Part shown: piece by piece, positions 40,131 to 51,516 of the stretch | Position numbering within the stretch: position 1 is the stretch's first letter | Layout: each line of letters begins with the position of its first letter | Assembly: GCA_963662465.1 (NCBI GenBank) | Contig: OY759599.1 | Span: 8,097,626-8,161,625, forward strand | Length of the DNA: 64,000 nucleotides | Source: Desulfatiglandales bacterium | Lineage (GTDB): Bacteria > Desulfobacterota > DSM-4660 > Desulfatiglandales > Desulfatiglandaceae | Direction of reading: 5' to 3' | The notes under the pieces: generated by a model | What the model was told of the DNA's origin: nothing | Seen by the model: only the letters and a program-made list of their open reading frames with translations | Databases searched by the model: none | Translations under genes and position numbers: made by a program

Positions 40131-41561
40131 ATGCTTTTTAATTCTTTCCCATACATTTTTTTATTCCTTCCTATCTCGGTGATTGTTTTTTATTTGCTGA
40201 ATAGGATTAGTGAAAAAGCTGGAAAATACTGGCTTGTCATTATCTCCTTGGTATTCTATAGCTTAGGCACAATAAAGCATCTGCCGCTTCTTCTTTTATC
40301 CATTATTGCAAATTATAGCGTCGCCATTACAATACATCGGTGGCAATCCGACAATCCATTTAAACAAAACACTGCAAAAAGACTTTTGGCCGTAGGTATT
40401 TTCTTCAATGTGGCATTGCTGGCATTCTTCAAATATGTGGATTTTTTCATAGGCAATATCAATCAGATCTCAAATCTGAATCTAAAAGTCCTACGCCTTG
40501 CTATTCCCTTGGGCATCAGTTTCTACACTTTTCAACAAATTACCTATCTTGTCGATACCTATCGCAAAGAAGTTAAAACGATAAATTTCTTTGACTACTG
40601 CATCTTTATCACCTTCTTTCCCCGTCTACTGATGGGGCCTATCACCAGATATAATGAAATCATCCCCCAGTTCCAACATGCAATACAAAAGAATGTGAAT
40701 TATCGAAACATGTCCCTTGGCCTCTATCTCTTTTTCCTCGGATTATGCAAACGTGTCGTCATTGCCGATACACTTGGAGTATATGCGGATTTAGGTTATA
40801 CATCGACACTATCGCTTTCTCTTGTTGCGGCTTGGATGACGTCCCTCAGCTACACTTTGCAAATTTATTTCGATTTCAGCGGTTATACGGATATGGCCAT
40901 CGGAACCGCTTATTTCTTTAATATAAAATTACCCTTTAATTTTAATTCCCCGTATTTGTCGGTAAATATCCAGGATTTCTGGCGGCGGTGGCACATAACA
41001 CTCAGTCGTTTCCTGAGGGACTACATATACATACCCCTCGGCGGAAGCAGAAAGGGCGAAATTTCAACATATATCAATATAATAATTACATTCCTAATCG
41101 GCGGTTTTTGGCACGGCGCCGGCTGGACGTTTATCATCTGGGGGGGGATACACGGATGTGCCTTGTGCGTACAACGGACATGGAAAAAATTAAACATTCA
41201 AATACCAAGGCTAATAGGTATCTTTATTACCTTTAATGTCGTTAATATCGCTTGGGTTTTTTTCCGGGCAGAGAACCTGCAGGATGCAATCAATGTATGC
41301 AAAGCCATGATTGGATTGAATGCAATACAAAGTCTATCTCTATCTGCATTTCAAAGCATTAAACCATGGGACAATGCCATCGGTGTATTAATAGGTGGAT
41401 TATCGGTATTCATAATCTTTATGTTTAAGAACTCAAACACAATACAGCAACACTTCAAACAATCAACACAAATGGTTATGGCAACCGTTGCTTTGATTGT
41501 CGTCAGTCTATTATTTTTAAACTCAACCGTTCCAAAAGAATTCATTTATAATGACTTCTAA
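40131..41561 (+). CDS. MBOAT O-acyltransferase (AlgI/DltB-like)
   Basis: PLGISFYTFQ, YFDFSGYTD, FWRRWHITLS and GFWHG motifs. Confidence 0.92.
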   Translation: MLFNSFPYIFLFLPISVIVFYLLNRISEKAGKYWLVIISLVFYSLGTIKHLPLLLLSIIANYSVAITIHRWQSDNPFKQNTAKRLLAVGIFFNVALLAFFKYVDFFIGNINQISNLNLKVLRLAIPLGISFYTFQQITYLVDTYRKEVKTINFFDYCIFITFFPRLLMGPITRYNEIIPQFQHAIQKNVNYRNMSLGLYLFFLGLCKRVVIADTLGVYADLGYTSTLSLSLVAAWMTSLSYTLQIYFDFSGYTDMAIGTAYFFNIKLPFNFNSPYLSVNIQDFWRRWHITLSRFLRDYIYIPLGGSRKGEISTYINIIITFLIGGFWHGAGWTFIIWGGIHGCALCVQRTWKKLNIQIPRLIGIFITFNVVNIAWVFFRAENLQDAINVCKAMIGLNAIQSLSLSAFQSIKPWDNAIGVLIGGLSVFIIFMFKNSNTIQQHFKQSTQMVMATVALIVVSLLFLNSTVPKEFIYNDF

Positions 41562-42492
41562 AAAATACTTTTACATGAGCGTTGGATTGTCTTTTTTCAT
41601 TATATTGGTAATTGTTTCATTCAACATTTATATGAATGAATACGGTCTTTTTGGCAGCGCGGAGGGAAAATCGATTAAAATTTGGAATAACGAAAGAACT
41701 ACCAAGTATCTTCTATCTTACAACTACATTCCAGCCAATTTTGAAGGCCTTCTAATTGGACCTTCTGTATCGGACAATATTGACACGAAAGGAATTTCTA
41801 AATTTAAAATATACAATGCTTCACTCAACGGAGGGAACATATCTGAGTTGAAATATATTGCGGAAAATGTAATTTTAAAAGGGAATCTAAAATTCATCAT
41901 TATCTGCATATATCCCTACATTACAAAAGACCATGGACGAAAGACATCTTACATAAACCCTCAGGAATATTGGGGGTCGCTGGGCTCTAAAGAAACGCTA
42001 TGTTTATATTTGCGTAAAGTTTTACCTATACTTGGATTTTGTAAATATGATCTATTTAATGATTACGGCCATAAAGATTTTAATCGAAATGCGGAGAGAA
42101 CTGTAAATATTTCAATACAAAAAAAACTGCCAAACAGCGTTTACGCAAAGAATCAAAAATCTATTATAGTTGATAGGGTGGCCTATGAAGAACTTGCTCA
42201 GATAGTAAATTTGTCAAGACAAAGAGGTCTTAAAGTATTCGCATATTACTACCCTTGTTTTATTGAAAATTATAACGAGGCAGCATTTAAGCAGTATAAA
42301 GAGAAAATTGACAAAATTTTTACAGTACAGGACATTATCTGGAACATGAATACATACGACTATTTTGCCTTTAGGAGCGATGTTGCTAATTATTATGATA
42401 AAGGGCATTTAAGCTATAAAGGAATTGATTTTATTGTTCATGAAATCAATGATAAATTGACTCAGTTTTACGGATCCGACGGTATGCGATGA
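41551..42492 (+). CDS. Probable periplasmic SGNH-like acyl-transfer partner of the MBOAT
   Basis: N-terminal TM, IGPS and C-terminal D.GHL motifs; overlaps the MBOAT stop. Confidence 0.6.
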   Translation: MTSKKYFYMSVGLSFFIILVIVSFNIYMNEYGLFGSAEGKSIKIWNNERTTKYLLSYNYIPANFEGLLIGPSVSDNIDTKGISKFKIYNASLNGGNISELKYIAENVILKGNLKFIIICIYPYITKDHGRKTSYINPQEYWGSLGSKETLCLYLRKVLPILGFCKYDLFNDYGHKDFNRNAERTVNISIQKKLPNSVYAKNQKSIIVDRVAYEELAQIVNLSRQRGLKVFAYYYPCFIENYNEAAFKQYKEKIDKIFTVQDIIWNMNTYDYFAFRSDVANYYDKGHLSYKGIDFIVHEINDKLTQFYGSDGMR

Positions 42493-42600
42493 TCACGAAC
42501 AAGATAATATTCGCTTGTATTGGACTTAAATAGTATCCCTTAAATGGTCTATTATGAATGCTTTTAACACAATTTGCTCTTTATCAAGGAAAAATAATAG

Positions 42601-43878
42601 ATGGTCTTAATTAGTGTTATCATAGGAATTACCATTATACCGTTTATCTGGTATTTTCCAAAAATATTCATCTATTTCATAATGTTAGAGTCGGTACTTT
42701 CTGTTTCAATTATGCCTGAAGATTCGCGCCTAAATGAACGTCAGATCATTGCAGCACTATTGCTTATTTTTTCATTAGTAAAGCATAAGTTCATGGTGAA
42801 AAAGTTATTTGATTTACATGATAAAATTAACGTTATGTTAACCATATTTTTTGTATGGGTTGGTATTTCTTTTATTTTCTGGGGCCATAATTTATACGGG
42901 AGCGGTGAATTTTTTACATTAGGATATTGTATAATAATGGGTATTTTAATTCGCGATAATTTCCAAAACGAAAAAAATATACGTCAACTTGTTATATTTA
43001 TGGTTTTTAGTGGAGTAGTATTAGCGTTGTTTGCATTTGGCCAATTTGATGTACAAGTCTACAATAGATTAAGGGGTAGTCGAGAACCAAATTTTACAGC
43101 ACTTTCGCTGGTTATCCTTTTACCGTTTCTATTCCAGAAAAAAATTTGTCAGGGAAAAGTGTGGCCGTTTATCAAAATGCCAATCATTTCACTTCTTCTT
43201 TTTGCAATTCTTCTTACAGGATCTAGAACAGGTTTAATTGGACTTTTTAGTGTAGTACTTTTTTCTGCTTTTGCAAACAAAGATATGAAATATCGAATGC
43301 AGATCGTTTTTTTTATTTTTGCTGTAGGCATAACATCTTTATTTGTGATTGAATTTACTGATATTCAGTTTCCCGACAGACTGAAAACAGCGTTATTTGA
43401 GCCGCAAGAAGAACTCAGTCATGGCAATTTCCAATATAGACTTTTGCGGGCTAAAGCCGCTTTAGCCATGTTTCAAGAAAAACCGGTGATCGGCGTTGGC
43501 GCCGGCAATTATTCTGTTTATGCGCCTTTTTGGGGTGTAAGGCAAGGCGCTGCTATTTATAGCGCCCATAACGAGTATGCGAGGTTGATCGCCGAATTTG
43601 GACTCATTGGCGCCCTAATTTTTGGATTATTCCTTTACTACATATTTAGGTCATTATTTAAATCACTTAAAGTATCCATGCGGTTGGGCCGTGATGAACG
43701 CAATTCCGACCTTTTAAACCCACTTCTGACTGCAATTGCAATATCATTTGTTTCTTTCTTAATAATGAATTCGGCTTTAAATAGTTTATTATTTTCAACT
43801 AATACTTACATATTTACAGCTCTTATTCAAAATCTCAGCGTTGAACATACATGCGAGTTGGGGGGACAGCAAAAATGA
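42601..43878 (+). CDS. O-antigen polymerase/ligase-family protein
   Basis: Multi-TM; EPN, TGSRTG, GVGAGN and HNEY....EFG..G motifs. Confidence 0.85.
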   Translation: MVLISVIIGITIIPFIWYFPKIFIYFIMLESVLSVSIMPEDSRLNERQIIAALLLIFSLVKHKFMVKKLFDLHDKINVMLTIFFVWVGISFIFWGHNLYGSGEFFTLGYCIIMGILIRDNFQNEKNIRQLVIFMVFSGVVLALFAFGQFDVQVYNRLRGSREPNFTALSLVILLPFLFQKKICQGKVWPFIKMPIISLLLFAILLTGSRTGLIGLFSVVLFSAFANKDMKYRMQIVFFIFAVGITSLFVIEFTDIQFPDRLKTALFEPQEELSHGNFQYRLLRAKAALAMFQEKPVIGVGAGNYSVYAPFWGVRQGAAIYSAHNEYARLIAEFGLIGALIFGLFLYYIFRSLFKSLKVSMRLGRDERNSDLLNPLLTAIAISFVSFLIMNSALNSLLFSTNTYIFTALIQNLSVEHTCELGGQQK

Positions 43879-45056
43879 AAGTAGCATACATCTACTTTTT
43901 GTTGGAAGGCTCTTCGGTTGGTGTTTTACGAAAGGCGGAACAACAAGCGAAGGCATTAGTCAAATTGGGCGAACCGAAATTTGATATTATAGTATTCACT
44001 ACTAAACCAAAGAAATCTGCTAAACACCTTTTCTATATCAAGATCCCGTCGATAAAAGAAAATCCCTTATATATCTTTTACTACATGTTCGGAAAATATT
44101 ATTTAATCGACAAATTGGTAAATTTAAAAAATTACGATTACCTGATCCTTAGGTCTCCTAGCCCCGATTTCTCAATTCTTCGTTTCTTTAAGAAATACAA
44201 TGTAGTATCTGAATTTCATTCTAAAGTGATTGATGAAGTTGAGATGAAATTAACAGATAACGTGTCTTGCATGAGAAAATATGTTCGCTTGATTAGATTG
44301 GCTTTTATAAAGAGATATCTGTTTACATCCTGCAAATATGCGAAGGGTATTCTTGCAAATAGTAGTGAACTGGCAAGCTATTTCACTGAAAACACTAACA
44401 AGAAAATACCTCTTAAAATGGTAAGCAATGGAGTAGATGTGGGAACAACTTGCGTTACCGGATTTAAAGAATATGACGGTACTCACCTCGATCTGGCAAT
44501 TTTAGCAAGTAGAGATGATCAGTGGCATGGGATTGATCGCTTATTAACATCCGCAGGACATTATTTGTTAAATGAAAATAATATTGTTATTAATATACAC
44601 CTTCTTGGTAACATGAGCAAAAAGAATATTTGTTATAAGAATGCTAAGAATCTCAATATTATTTTTCATGGAGTAAGGTTTGGGCATGAACTGGACGAAA
44701 TCATGAGAGATATGAATTTGTCTATCTGCCCGTTAAAAATTTACAAAAAAAATCTGAATGAGGCTTCCACAATCAAAGTTGCAGAATATTTTGCCCGCGG
44801 GATGCCATTTATCATCGGATATAAAGATAGCGGTATTAGATATTTAGACTTCAACGAGGACAATAGGTGTTTTTTAGAATTTCCCAACGATAATTCGATA
44901 ATCGATTTTGATGAAATTATTGATTTTGCAACACTTGTAAGCCGCAACAGAGAGAAAGTAATAAAGAGTATGCGCTGTTATGCTGAAAAATATTTGGATT
45001 GGAGTCTTAAGCTTAACGAATATATTCAATTTGTAAAGGAATTGGAAAAGGAATGA
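43875..45056 (+). CDS. GT4-like glycosyltransferase
   Basis: SNGVD, WHGIDRL and KVAEY.ARG.P motifs. Confidence 0.8.
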   Translation: MKVAYIYFLLEGSSVGVLRKAEQQAKALVKLGEPKFDIIVFTTKPKKSAKHLFYIKIPSIKENPLYIFYYMFGKYYLIDKLVNLKNYDYLILRSPSPDFSILRFFKKYNVVSEFHSKVIDEVEMKLTDNVSCMRKYVRLIRLAFIKRYLFTSCKYAKGILANSSELASYFTENTNKKIPLKMVSNGVDVGTTCVTGFKEYDGTHLDLAILASRDDQWHGIDRLLTSAGHYLLNENNIVINIHLLGNMSKKNICYKNAKNLNIIFHGVRFGHELDEIMRDMNLSICPLKIYKKNLNEASTIKVAEYFARGMPFIIGYKDSGIRYLDFNEDNRCFLEFPNDNSIIDFDEIIDFATLVSRNREKVIKSMRCYAEKYLDWSLKLNEYIQFVKELEKE

Positions 45057-45269
45057 AGATGGGGTCACTGTCCATTATGTAAAACCATTATTTCGCAGAG
45101 ACTTTTTTTTTCAAAACGGCTGAGTATTTCAATCTATGCAAAAAAAAAATCAAAATGAATATGATATCTTCCATGCGCTATATACTGATTGTGGTTTTTT
45201 TTCAGTCATATAAAAGTTCGGTGGTGTTCGAGTTTAACTGCCATGTATTTTAGGCTTGAATTTGAATAA

Positions 45270-45630
45270 TTCACACATAGTCCATCATATGTGATCAGTG
45301 AATCCAGCGGCCATGAAGGGTGTGGTAGGTTTTCCGTAACATTTGGTTAAGGTCCTGTGAGGCCGACATAGATGATAATGAGCTATTGATAGCTGTAGTT
45401 GAAGTTCATGGTTCTTCATTATTTTTGAGAAACGGTAGGTTTTACGCACGCACCGAGAGTCAATGTGGCGTACAGTACCATTATTTCGCTCAATATGTGA
45501 AGTATTGATTTTTTTGCTAGATACTGAGTCTGCCAAAATTCGTTCGAGCTGTTCGAGAGTACCAAAAACAATTTTACGAGATACATCAGAGATGCGGCTT
45601 TTTTCATATTTTTTGACAACTTGAACATAT
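45270..45630 (-). mobile_element. IS1-family transposase remnant
   Basis: INTSHIERNNGTVR...RKTYRFSK...RPH.TL...TP.MAAG.TDH with stops and frameshift. Confidence 0.7.
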
Positions 45631-45768
45631 ACGAGATTTTCCGGCGGTACTAATCTAAGTCAGGGGTAAACAGAAAGCATTCGGTTGAAAATTTTGACTG
45701 GGAGAAAGTTTGGCGTATGACGGATTCAATTTATCAAAACAGATCAATATAACTTTGAGGACCTTTTA

Positions 45769-46905
45769 ATGACGTCAAAACCTAAGATAGCGGTGATCGG
45801 AGCAAAGGGCTTCCCGGCCTGGGGAGGGGCCGCCCGCACGAGTGAAGCGGTTTTCACAAGACTGGTTGATAAATTTGATGTAACCGTTTATGCAATTGAC
45901 TCTCATGCAAAAGATGAGACTTATCTCGGAATTAAACAAAAGATTTATAAATCGTACAACAATGCTAAGATTTCAGTATTTTTATATTATCTCAAATCAT
46001 TGTTACATGCTTTGATTAAAGGTCGATATGACTTGATTCATGTGAATCATCGAGCTGCCGGTTTTGTAGTCCCTTTTCTTCGGATTCGTTTTCCAGTTGT
46101 GTTGAACGTCCATGGTATGCCTTTACATCATGGTACGGCGGATTATAAAAAATTAAATACAAAATGGACAAAATACGAACTAAAGTTATTTGATTTTTTT
46201 CAATGGTTAGGATTTAAATTTGCCACTAAAATAATTACTGTTGAAAAATCCAGTGTCGCAATAATCGAAAAATATAATCCATTCAATGTATACTTTATTC
46301 CAAATGGTGTTGATATCAACTTATCATTTACCCAAACTCATTTTACCCAAAAATATGAAATTGCTTTTTCTGCTGCGCGTATTTTATATCTTAAGGGCTT
46401 GCATTTACTACTATTTGCATTAAATGAGATTAAATTTGAAGGTCATGTATTGATAATCGGTGATCTGGATCAAGATGAATCGTATAATGAAAAAATTTTA
46501 AAAATTTCAAAAAGTCTTAGATGTGAATTTGCTGGTTTATTAAAAAACAGAAATGAGCTTTTTAAGAAAATCAGTCAATCAAAACTTTATGTTTTTCCTT
46601 CTTATTCTGAAGGTATGTCGAATATGCTTTTAGAAGTTGCATCTCTTAAGGTGCCCGTAATAGCCAGTGATATTTCTCAAAACACTGATGTGTTCGATAG
46701 AACAGAAATGACTTTTTTTAAAAAGGGTGACTATAAGGATTTGAGTTATAAATTAAAAGTTGCTATTGCCAATGATACCTTTATGCAAGAAAAAGCAGAG
46801 AGGGCATATAAGAAAATTTTATCTAAACACAATTGGAATACAATCGCTTTGAAATATTCTACAGTTTATCGAATGATTTTGAAAAAACAAGTTAGGTCTT
46901 TTTGA
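45769..46905 (+). CDS. GT4 glycosyltransferase
   Basis: IPNGVD, KGLHLL and PSYSEG...LLE motifs. Confidence 0.9.
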   Translation: MTSKPKIAVIGAKGFPAWGGAARTSEAVFTRLVDKFDVTVYAIDSHAKDETYLGIKQKIYKSYNNAKISVFLYYLKSLLHALIKGRYDLIHVNHRAAGFVVPFLRIRFPVVLNVHGMPLHHGTADYKKLNTKWTKYELKLFDFFQWLGFKFATKIITVEKSSVAIIEKYNPFNVYFIPNGVDINLSFTQTHFTQKYEIAFSAARILYLKGLHLLLFALNEIKFEGHVLIIGDLDQDESYNEKILKISKSLRCEFAGLLKNRNELFKKISQSKLYVFPSYSEGMSNMLLEVASLKVPVIASDISQNTDVFDRTEMTFFKKGDYKDLSYKLKVAIANDTFMQEKAERAYKKILSKHNWNTIALKYSTVYRMILKKQVRSF

Positions 46906-46910
46906 TCACC

Positions 46911-47117
46911 ATGAAAATATGCTTAACAGGAGACTTGTTTTTAGGAGGGGATATCAATGACTCTGATATAGCCCGTTTTATTATTGATTCTTCATCCTAC
47001 GATGCAGCAGATATACGTATTGCTAATTTGGAGCAACCTGTTACCGAAAATTCCGAAAGACGTGAAAATAGGTTTCGATGGGGAATTAGAAAGACAATTA
47101 ATTTTCTTAACAGATAA
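46911..47117 (+). pseudogene. N-terminal fragment of a CapA/PGA_cap protein
   Basis: LTGDLFLG...IANLEQPV, then truncated. Confidence 0.65.
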
Positions 47118-47142
47118 TCTGATTTTTTGAAAAATTGGTATC

Positions 47143-47844
47143 ATGATGCAACAATTTTATAGCTATATATTTTTGGCAAGTGCGAATCAAATAAAACCAG
47201 TTATTGTTTTATCAAAACTTGAAAAAAAAGATTTTTTCAACAGGAAGAATACGTTGATTCTCACGGATTCCAAAAAAGGAGCACTCTTTAAATTAATCCA
47301 AACCATTGGATTCAGTTTTGAAGTGATTGGTACTTTAGATGAACTAAAAAGTGAAATGAGAAAATTTAGACCAAACTATCTAATCTCTTGCGGATGGCCG
47401 TATCTATTACCTGAGAAAGTTTTTAATCTATCAAGTAAATGCAGCTTAAATTGTCATAGTTCACTCTTACCTGATTATAAAGGAGCAAGCGCATTTAAAC
47501 ATTATTGGTCTAATTGGGAAAAAAAAGCTGGAGCCACAGTGCATATAATTTCGAAAAAGTTCGACGATGGGAGTATTATGGCTTCTGCTTCATTTGATAT
47601 CCCAACTTTTAGCAGTCCGAAATGGATTTTGAAAAAATCATCCAAAGTTACATGTTATTTGATAATAAAAGCTATTCACAATTTTGAAAAAGGGGATAGT
47701 GGAGAAGTTCAGAAAGGAGGGCGTTATTTTTATAAAATTTCCAATTTTAAGCACGTATTGTACTGGTTATATAATGGATTCGCTACTTATTTGGGATTTG
47801 CCAAAAAAATGACTCCACACAAAAAACTAAATGAAATAAATTGA
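47143..47844 (+). CDS. Formyltransferase-family protein
   Basis: LNCHSSLLPDYKG, GATVH and DDG motifs. Confidence 0.85.
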   Translation: MMQQFYSYIFLASANQIKPVIVLSKLEKKDFFNRKNTLILTDSKKGALFKLIQTIGFSFEVIGTLDELKSEMRKFRPNYLISCGWPYLLPEKVFNLSSKCSLNCHSSLLPDYKGASAFKHYWSNWEKKAGATVHIISKKFDDGSIMASASFDIPTFSSPKWILKKSSKVTCYLIIKAIHNFEKGDSGEVQKGGRYFYKISNFKHVLYWLYNGFATYLGFAKKMTPHKKLNEIN

Positions 47845-47859
47845 AGTCAGAAATCATTC

Positions 47860-49068
47860 ATGAAAAGAAATCCAGTCATTGTTTATAATTGTTCTTACAA
47901 CGGATTAAGTATAATTCAGGAGTTAGCAACGAAAGGTATTCCCTGTATAGCCATGGACACAATTTTGTCTATTGGAGCATTTTCAAAATTTTCAAAATTC
48001 AGGCGCTGCCCAGATCCGTTGAAAGACGAGCTTGCTTTTATCGAAGTTTTATATGAATTGTGTGCATCTCTTCCATTAAAACCGGTTTTATTCCCTACTA
48101 ACGATGAGTGGGCGTTGGTCACAGCCAAACATAAAAACAGATTATCAGAAGTGTCTTATCCTTGTGTATCAAATTACGAAACAGTTGACATCATTCTCTC
48201 GAAAGATAAGTTTTACAAAATCGGGCAGGATAAAGAATATATGACCCCTTATACATGGGAGATTGAAGATGTTTTGACTGTTAAGGATGATGTTTTTCCG
48301 ATTGTAGCAAAGGCAAAATATAAATCATTGCCTGGTGTAAAAGCCAACGCCCATATTAACAAGGCTTTAAAAGAAAATCGCCTGATTGTTTTGAACGATA
48401 AAAAGCAGTTGGAAGTTTATGTTAAACTGCATTCGGAAATACTGTCTCATTTGGTCTTTCAAGAATATATTGCCGGAGATTCTTCCAATATGTTTACGAT
48501 AGGCATATTTGCTGATGCGAAAAGCGATATTAAGGCGTTGTTCACCGGCAGAAAGGTGCGAGGATACCCGGCTGATATTGGGGATAACATTCTTGGAGAA
48601 TCTTACGTAGTTCCGGATTTTCTTATCGAAAACACTAAAAAAATTGTTAAAGAAATGACATATACCGGTATTGCAGAATTTGAGTATAAAAAAGATCAGC
48701 ATACTGGGAAATATTATCTGATAGAAATCAATCCACGACCGTGGTCCTGGATCGGAATAACACCATATTGTGGGGTGAATATTCCATACATTGCCTATCA
48801 ATCATTACTCGGACAAACGGTTATGTTTCAAGAATCAGTGGCCGAAATTAGCAAAGTGAAATATGTCAAAATCTATCAAGATTTTTTTAATTGTTTGGTC
48901 AGATACCGTTTCCATCATAAGCCTTGGCATTATTCATATGCCGAATGGAAAAACACTTTGAAAGCATCCAAACTGGTAATTGCAGAATGGCATAAAGGCG
49001 ACTGGCCAATAGTTTTTGCATCAATACCCTATTTAATGGGTAAGTTGCTATTTCAGAGATGGAAATAG
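47860..49068 (+). CDS. ATP-grasp carboxylate-amine ligase
   Basis: LFPTND, QEYI.G and EFEYK.D...Y.LIEINPR motifs. Confidence 0.85.
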   Translation: MKRNPVIVYNCSYNGLSIIQELATKGIPCIAMDTILSIGAFSKFSKFRRCPDPLKDELAFIEVLYELCASLPLKPVLFPTNDEWALVTAKHKNRLSEVSYPCVSNYETVDIILSKDKFYKIGQDKEYMTPYTWEIEDVLTVKDDVFPIVAKAKYKSLPGVKANAHINKALKENRLIVLNDKKQLEVYVKLHSEILSHLVFQEYIAGDSSNMFTIGIFADAKSDIKALFTGRKVRGYPADIGDNILGESYVVPDFLIENTKKIVKEMTYTGIAEFEYKKDQHTGKYYLIEINPRPWSWIGITPYCGVNIPYIAYQSLLGQTVMFQESVAEISKVKYVKIYQDFFNCLVRYRFHHKPWHYSYAEWKNTLKASKLVIAEWHKGDWPIVFASIPYLMGKLLFQRWK

Positions 49069-49069
49069 A

Positions 49070-49897
49070 ATGGATTTCACAGGCAAAATATACCATCGGC
49101 TCCTTAAGGCCCTGCTCGCGCAGGATTTCAAATTCCAGCCCTTTGCCGTGTTCATGCAAACCCCGGCACCCCGGGCTATTATTTTGCGCCACGATGTGGA
49201 CCGGCTCCCAGGAAATGCTCTGAAAACCGCCCGCCTGGAGCATGATCTGGGCACCCCTGCATCCTACTATTTCCGGGCGGTGCCGGAAAGCTGGGATGAG
49301 ACGATTATCCAGAAGATCGCTGGCCTGGGCCATGAGATCGGGTATCATTATGAAAACCTGTCTGCCTGCAAAGGCGGTTCCGCCCGGGCCTGGGAGGATT
49401 TTCAGGCCAACCTGGCAAAGCTGCGGGATCTGGCGCCGGTGACCACCATCTGCATGCACGGCAGCCCCCTGTCCCGGTATGATAACCGGGATCTTTGGCA
49501 GCATTACGATTACCATGATTTGGGCATCATCGGAGAACCATATTTCGATGTGGACTACAGCCGAGTATTTTATATGACAGATACGGGACGGCGGTGGGAT
49601 GGAGGTCGGGTTTCTGTACGCGATAAGGTCGGAGGACCGAGGAACGACGGAAAAAAGGATAAGAAGGTAAGAGGGTTAGAAGGAGTTAAGCAGTGGCCGT
49701 CGTTTCATTCTACGTTTGATATTATAGAGGCGGTGGAGGCTGGGAGGTTTCCGGATAAGGTGATGATGACGGTGCATCCACAGCGTTGGATGGATGATCC
49801 GTTTCAATGGACTAAGGAGTTGGTTTTGCAAAATGTTAAGAATGTGGTGAAACGTGTCTTAATATCTCGCGCAAAGACGCAGAGCCGCAAAGGCTAG
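49070..49897 (+). CDS. Polysaccharide deacetylase-like protein with a repeat-encoded linker
   Basis: RHDVD, GHEIGYHYE, MHGSP, TDTGR.W and HPQRW motifs; linker at about 49628-49690. Confidence 0.75.
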   Translation: MDFTGKIYHRLLKALLAQDFKFQPFAVFMQTPAPRAIILRHDVDRLPGNALKTARLEHDLGTPASYYFRAVPESWDETIIQKIAGLGHEIGYHYENLSACKGGSARAWEDFQANLAKLRDLAPVTTICMHGSPLSRYDNRDLWQHYDYHDLGIIGEPYFDVDYSRVFYMTDTGRRWDGGRVSVRDKVGGPRNDGKKDKKVRGLEGVKQWPSFHSTFDIIEAVEAGRFPDKVMMTVHPQRWMDDPFQWTKELVLQNVKNVVKRVLISRAKTQSRKG

Positions 49898-49948
49898 AAG
49901 ATCAGAAGGTTAGAAGTTTAGAGGGTGAGCAAACAGGAAATTGATGGG

Positions 49949-50347
49949 ATGCAAATTGATTTTCATCATGCGGTAACTTATGTGGTGGCGCGTTTGGCGG
50001 GCTTCGGACACAGGGAGGCAGACGTCATTGCTTATTGCGCCCAGTATGTGGACGATGCGACGAACAGTGGCGAGATCATTTTTGAGAATGGCGCCATGTA
50101 TGGCCGCATCTGTTCAGCGCACAAGGGTTTGGACTACCGGCACTTTGATGTTCTGGCCAGTCGCAGGGTGTGGGTGCCGTTTCATTTTCTGCCGGCAAAT
50201 GGTGGTAAGAAGGCGGGGGAAAATCCGTATGGGACCTTCATTGATAAGTTGGTGTGTGGACCAGACAGTCATGTGCTGAGAGATATGGTGCGAATGTACA
50301 TTGAAAAGCGGGGCGCTCTGTTTGGGTTGCATCGGCTGGGGATTTAA
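49949..50347 (+). pseudogene. Truncated DUF6765-like protein
   Basis: MQIDFHH..TY..AR.AGF...AQYVDD; stops immediately before the repeat array. Confidence 0.55.
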
Positions 50348-50357
50348 ATACAGTGAT

Positions 50358-51516
50358 GAGTTTTGGGTTTTGGGTTTTGGGTTTTGAGTTAAAGGAAACG
50401 TCCTGATTATGGGTGATAGGAAGATCTTTAAAGACAGTTTTGGGTTATGGGTTAGGGAACTGCGGTTTTGAGTTTTGGGTTATGGGTTTTGAGTTAAAGG
50501 AAACGTCCTGATTATGGGTGATGGGAAGATCTTTAAAGACAGTTTTGGGTTATGGGTTAGGGAACTGCAGTTTTGGGTTTTGAGTTTTGGGTTTTGAGTT
50601 AAAGGAAACGTCCTGATTATGGGTGATGGGAAGATCTTTAAAGACAGTTTTGGGTTATGGGTTAGGGAACTGCAGTTTTGGGTTTTGAGTTTTGGGTTTT
50701 GAGTTAAAGGAAACGTCCTGATTATGGTTGATGGGAAGATCTTTAAAGGCAGTTTTGGGTTATGGGTTAGGGAACTGCGGTTTTGAGTTTTGGGTTATGG
50801 GTTTTGAGTTAAAGGAAACGTCCTGATTATGGGTGATGGGAAGATCTTTAAAGGCAGTTTTGGGTTATGGGTTAGGGAACTGCGGTTTTGAGTTTTGGGT
50901 TATGGGTTTTGAGTTAAAGGAAACGTCCTGATTATGGGTGATGGGAAGATCTTTAAAGGCAGTTTTGGGTTATGGGTTAGGGAACTGCAGTTTTGGGTTT
51001 TGAGTTTTGAGTTTTGAGTTAAAGGAAACGTCCTGATTATGGTTGATAGGAAGATCTTTAAAGGCAGTTTTGGGTTACGGGTTAGGGAACAGCAGTTTTG
51101 GGTTTTGAGTTTTGAGTTTTGAGTTAAAGGAAACGTCCTGATTATGGGTGATAGGAAGATCTTTAAAGACAGTTTTGGGTTATGGGTTAGGGAACTGCAG
51201 TTTTGAGTTTTGAGTTTTGAGTTTTGAGTTAAAGGAAACGTCCTGATTATGGTTGATAGGAAGATCTTTAAAGACAGTTTTGGGTTATGGGTTAGGGAAC
51301 AGCAGTTTTGGGTTTTGAGTTTTGGGTTTTGAGTTAAAGGGAACGTCCTGATTATGAGTGAAAGGAAGATCTTTAAAGACAGTTTTGGGTTATGGGTTAG
51401 GGAACAGCAGTTTTGAGTTTTGGGTTTTGGGTTTTGAGTTAAAGGAAACGTCCTGATTATGGGTGATGGGAAGATCTTTAAAGACAGTTTTGGGTTATGG
51501 GTTTTGAGTTTTGGGT
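50358..51516 (+). repeat. 11 x 105-bp tandem array built on TTTTG(G/A)G heptamers
   Basis: Core AAAGG(A/G)AACGTCCTGATTATG starts at 50391, 50496, 50601 ... 51441 (period 105). Confidence 0.95.

Noticed and set aside
50358..51516. CRISPR array
   Set aside because: Whole 105-bp units repeat with only point changes; no unique spacers and no cas genes.
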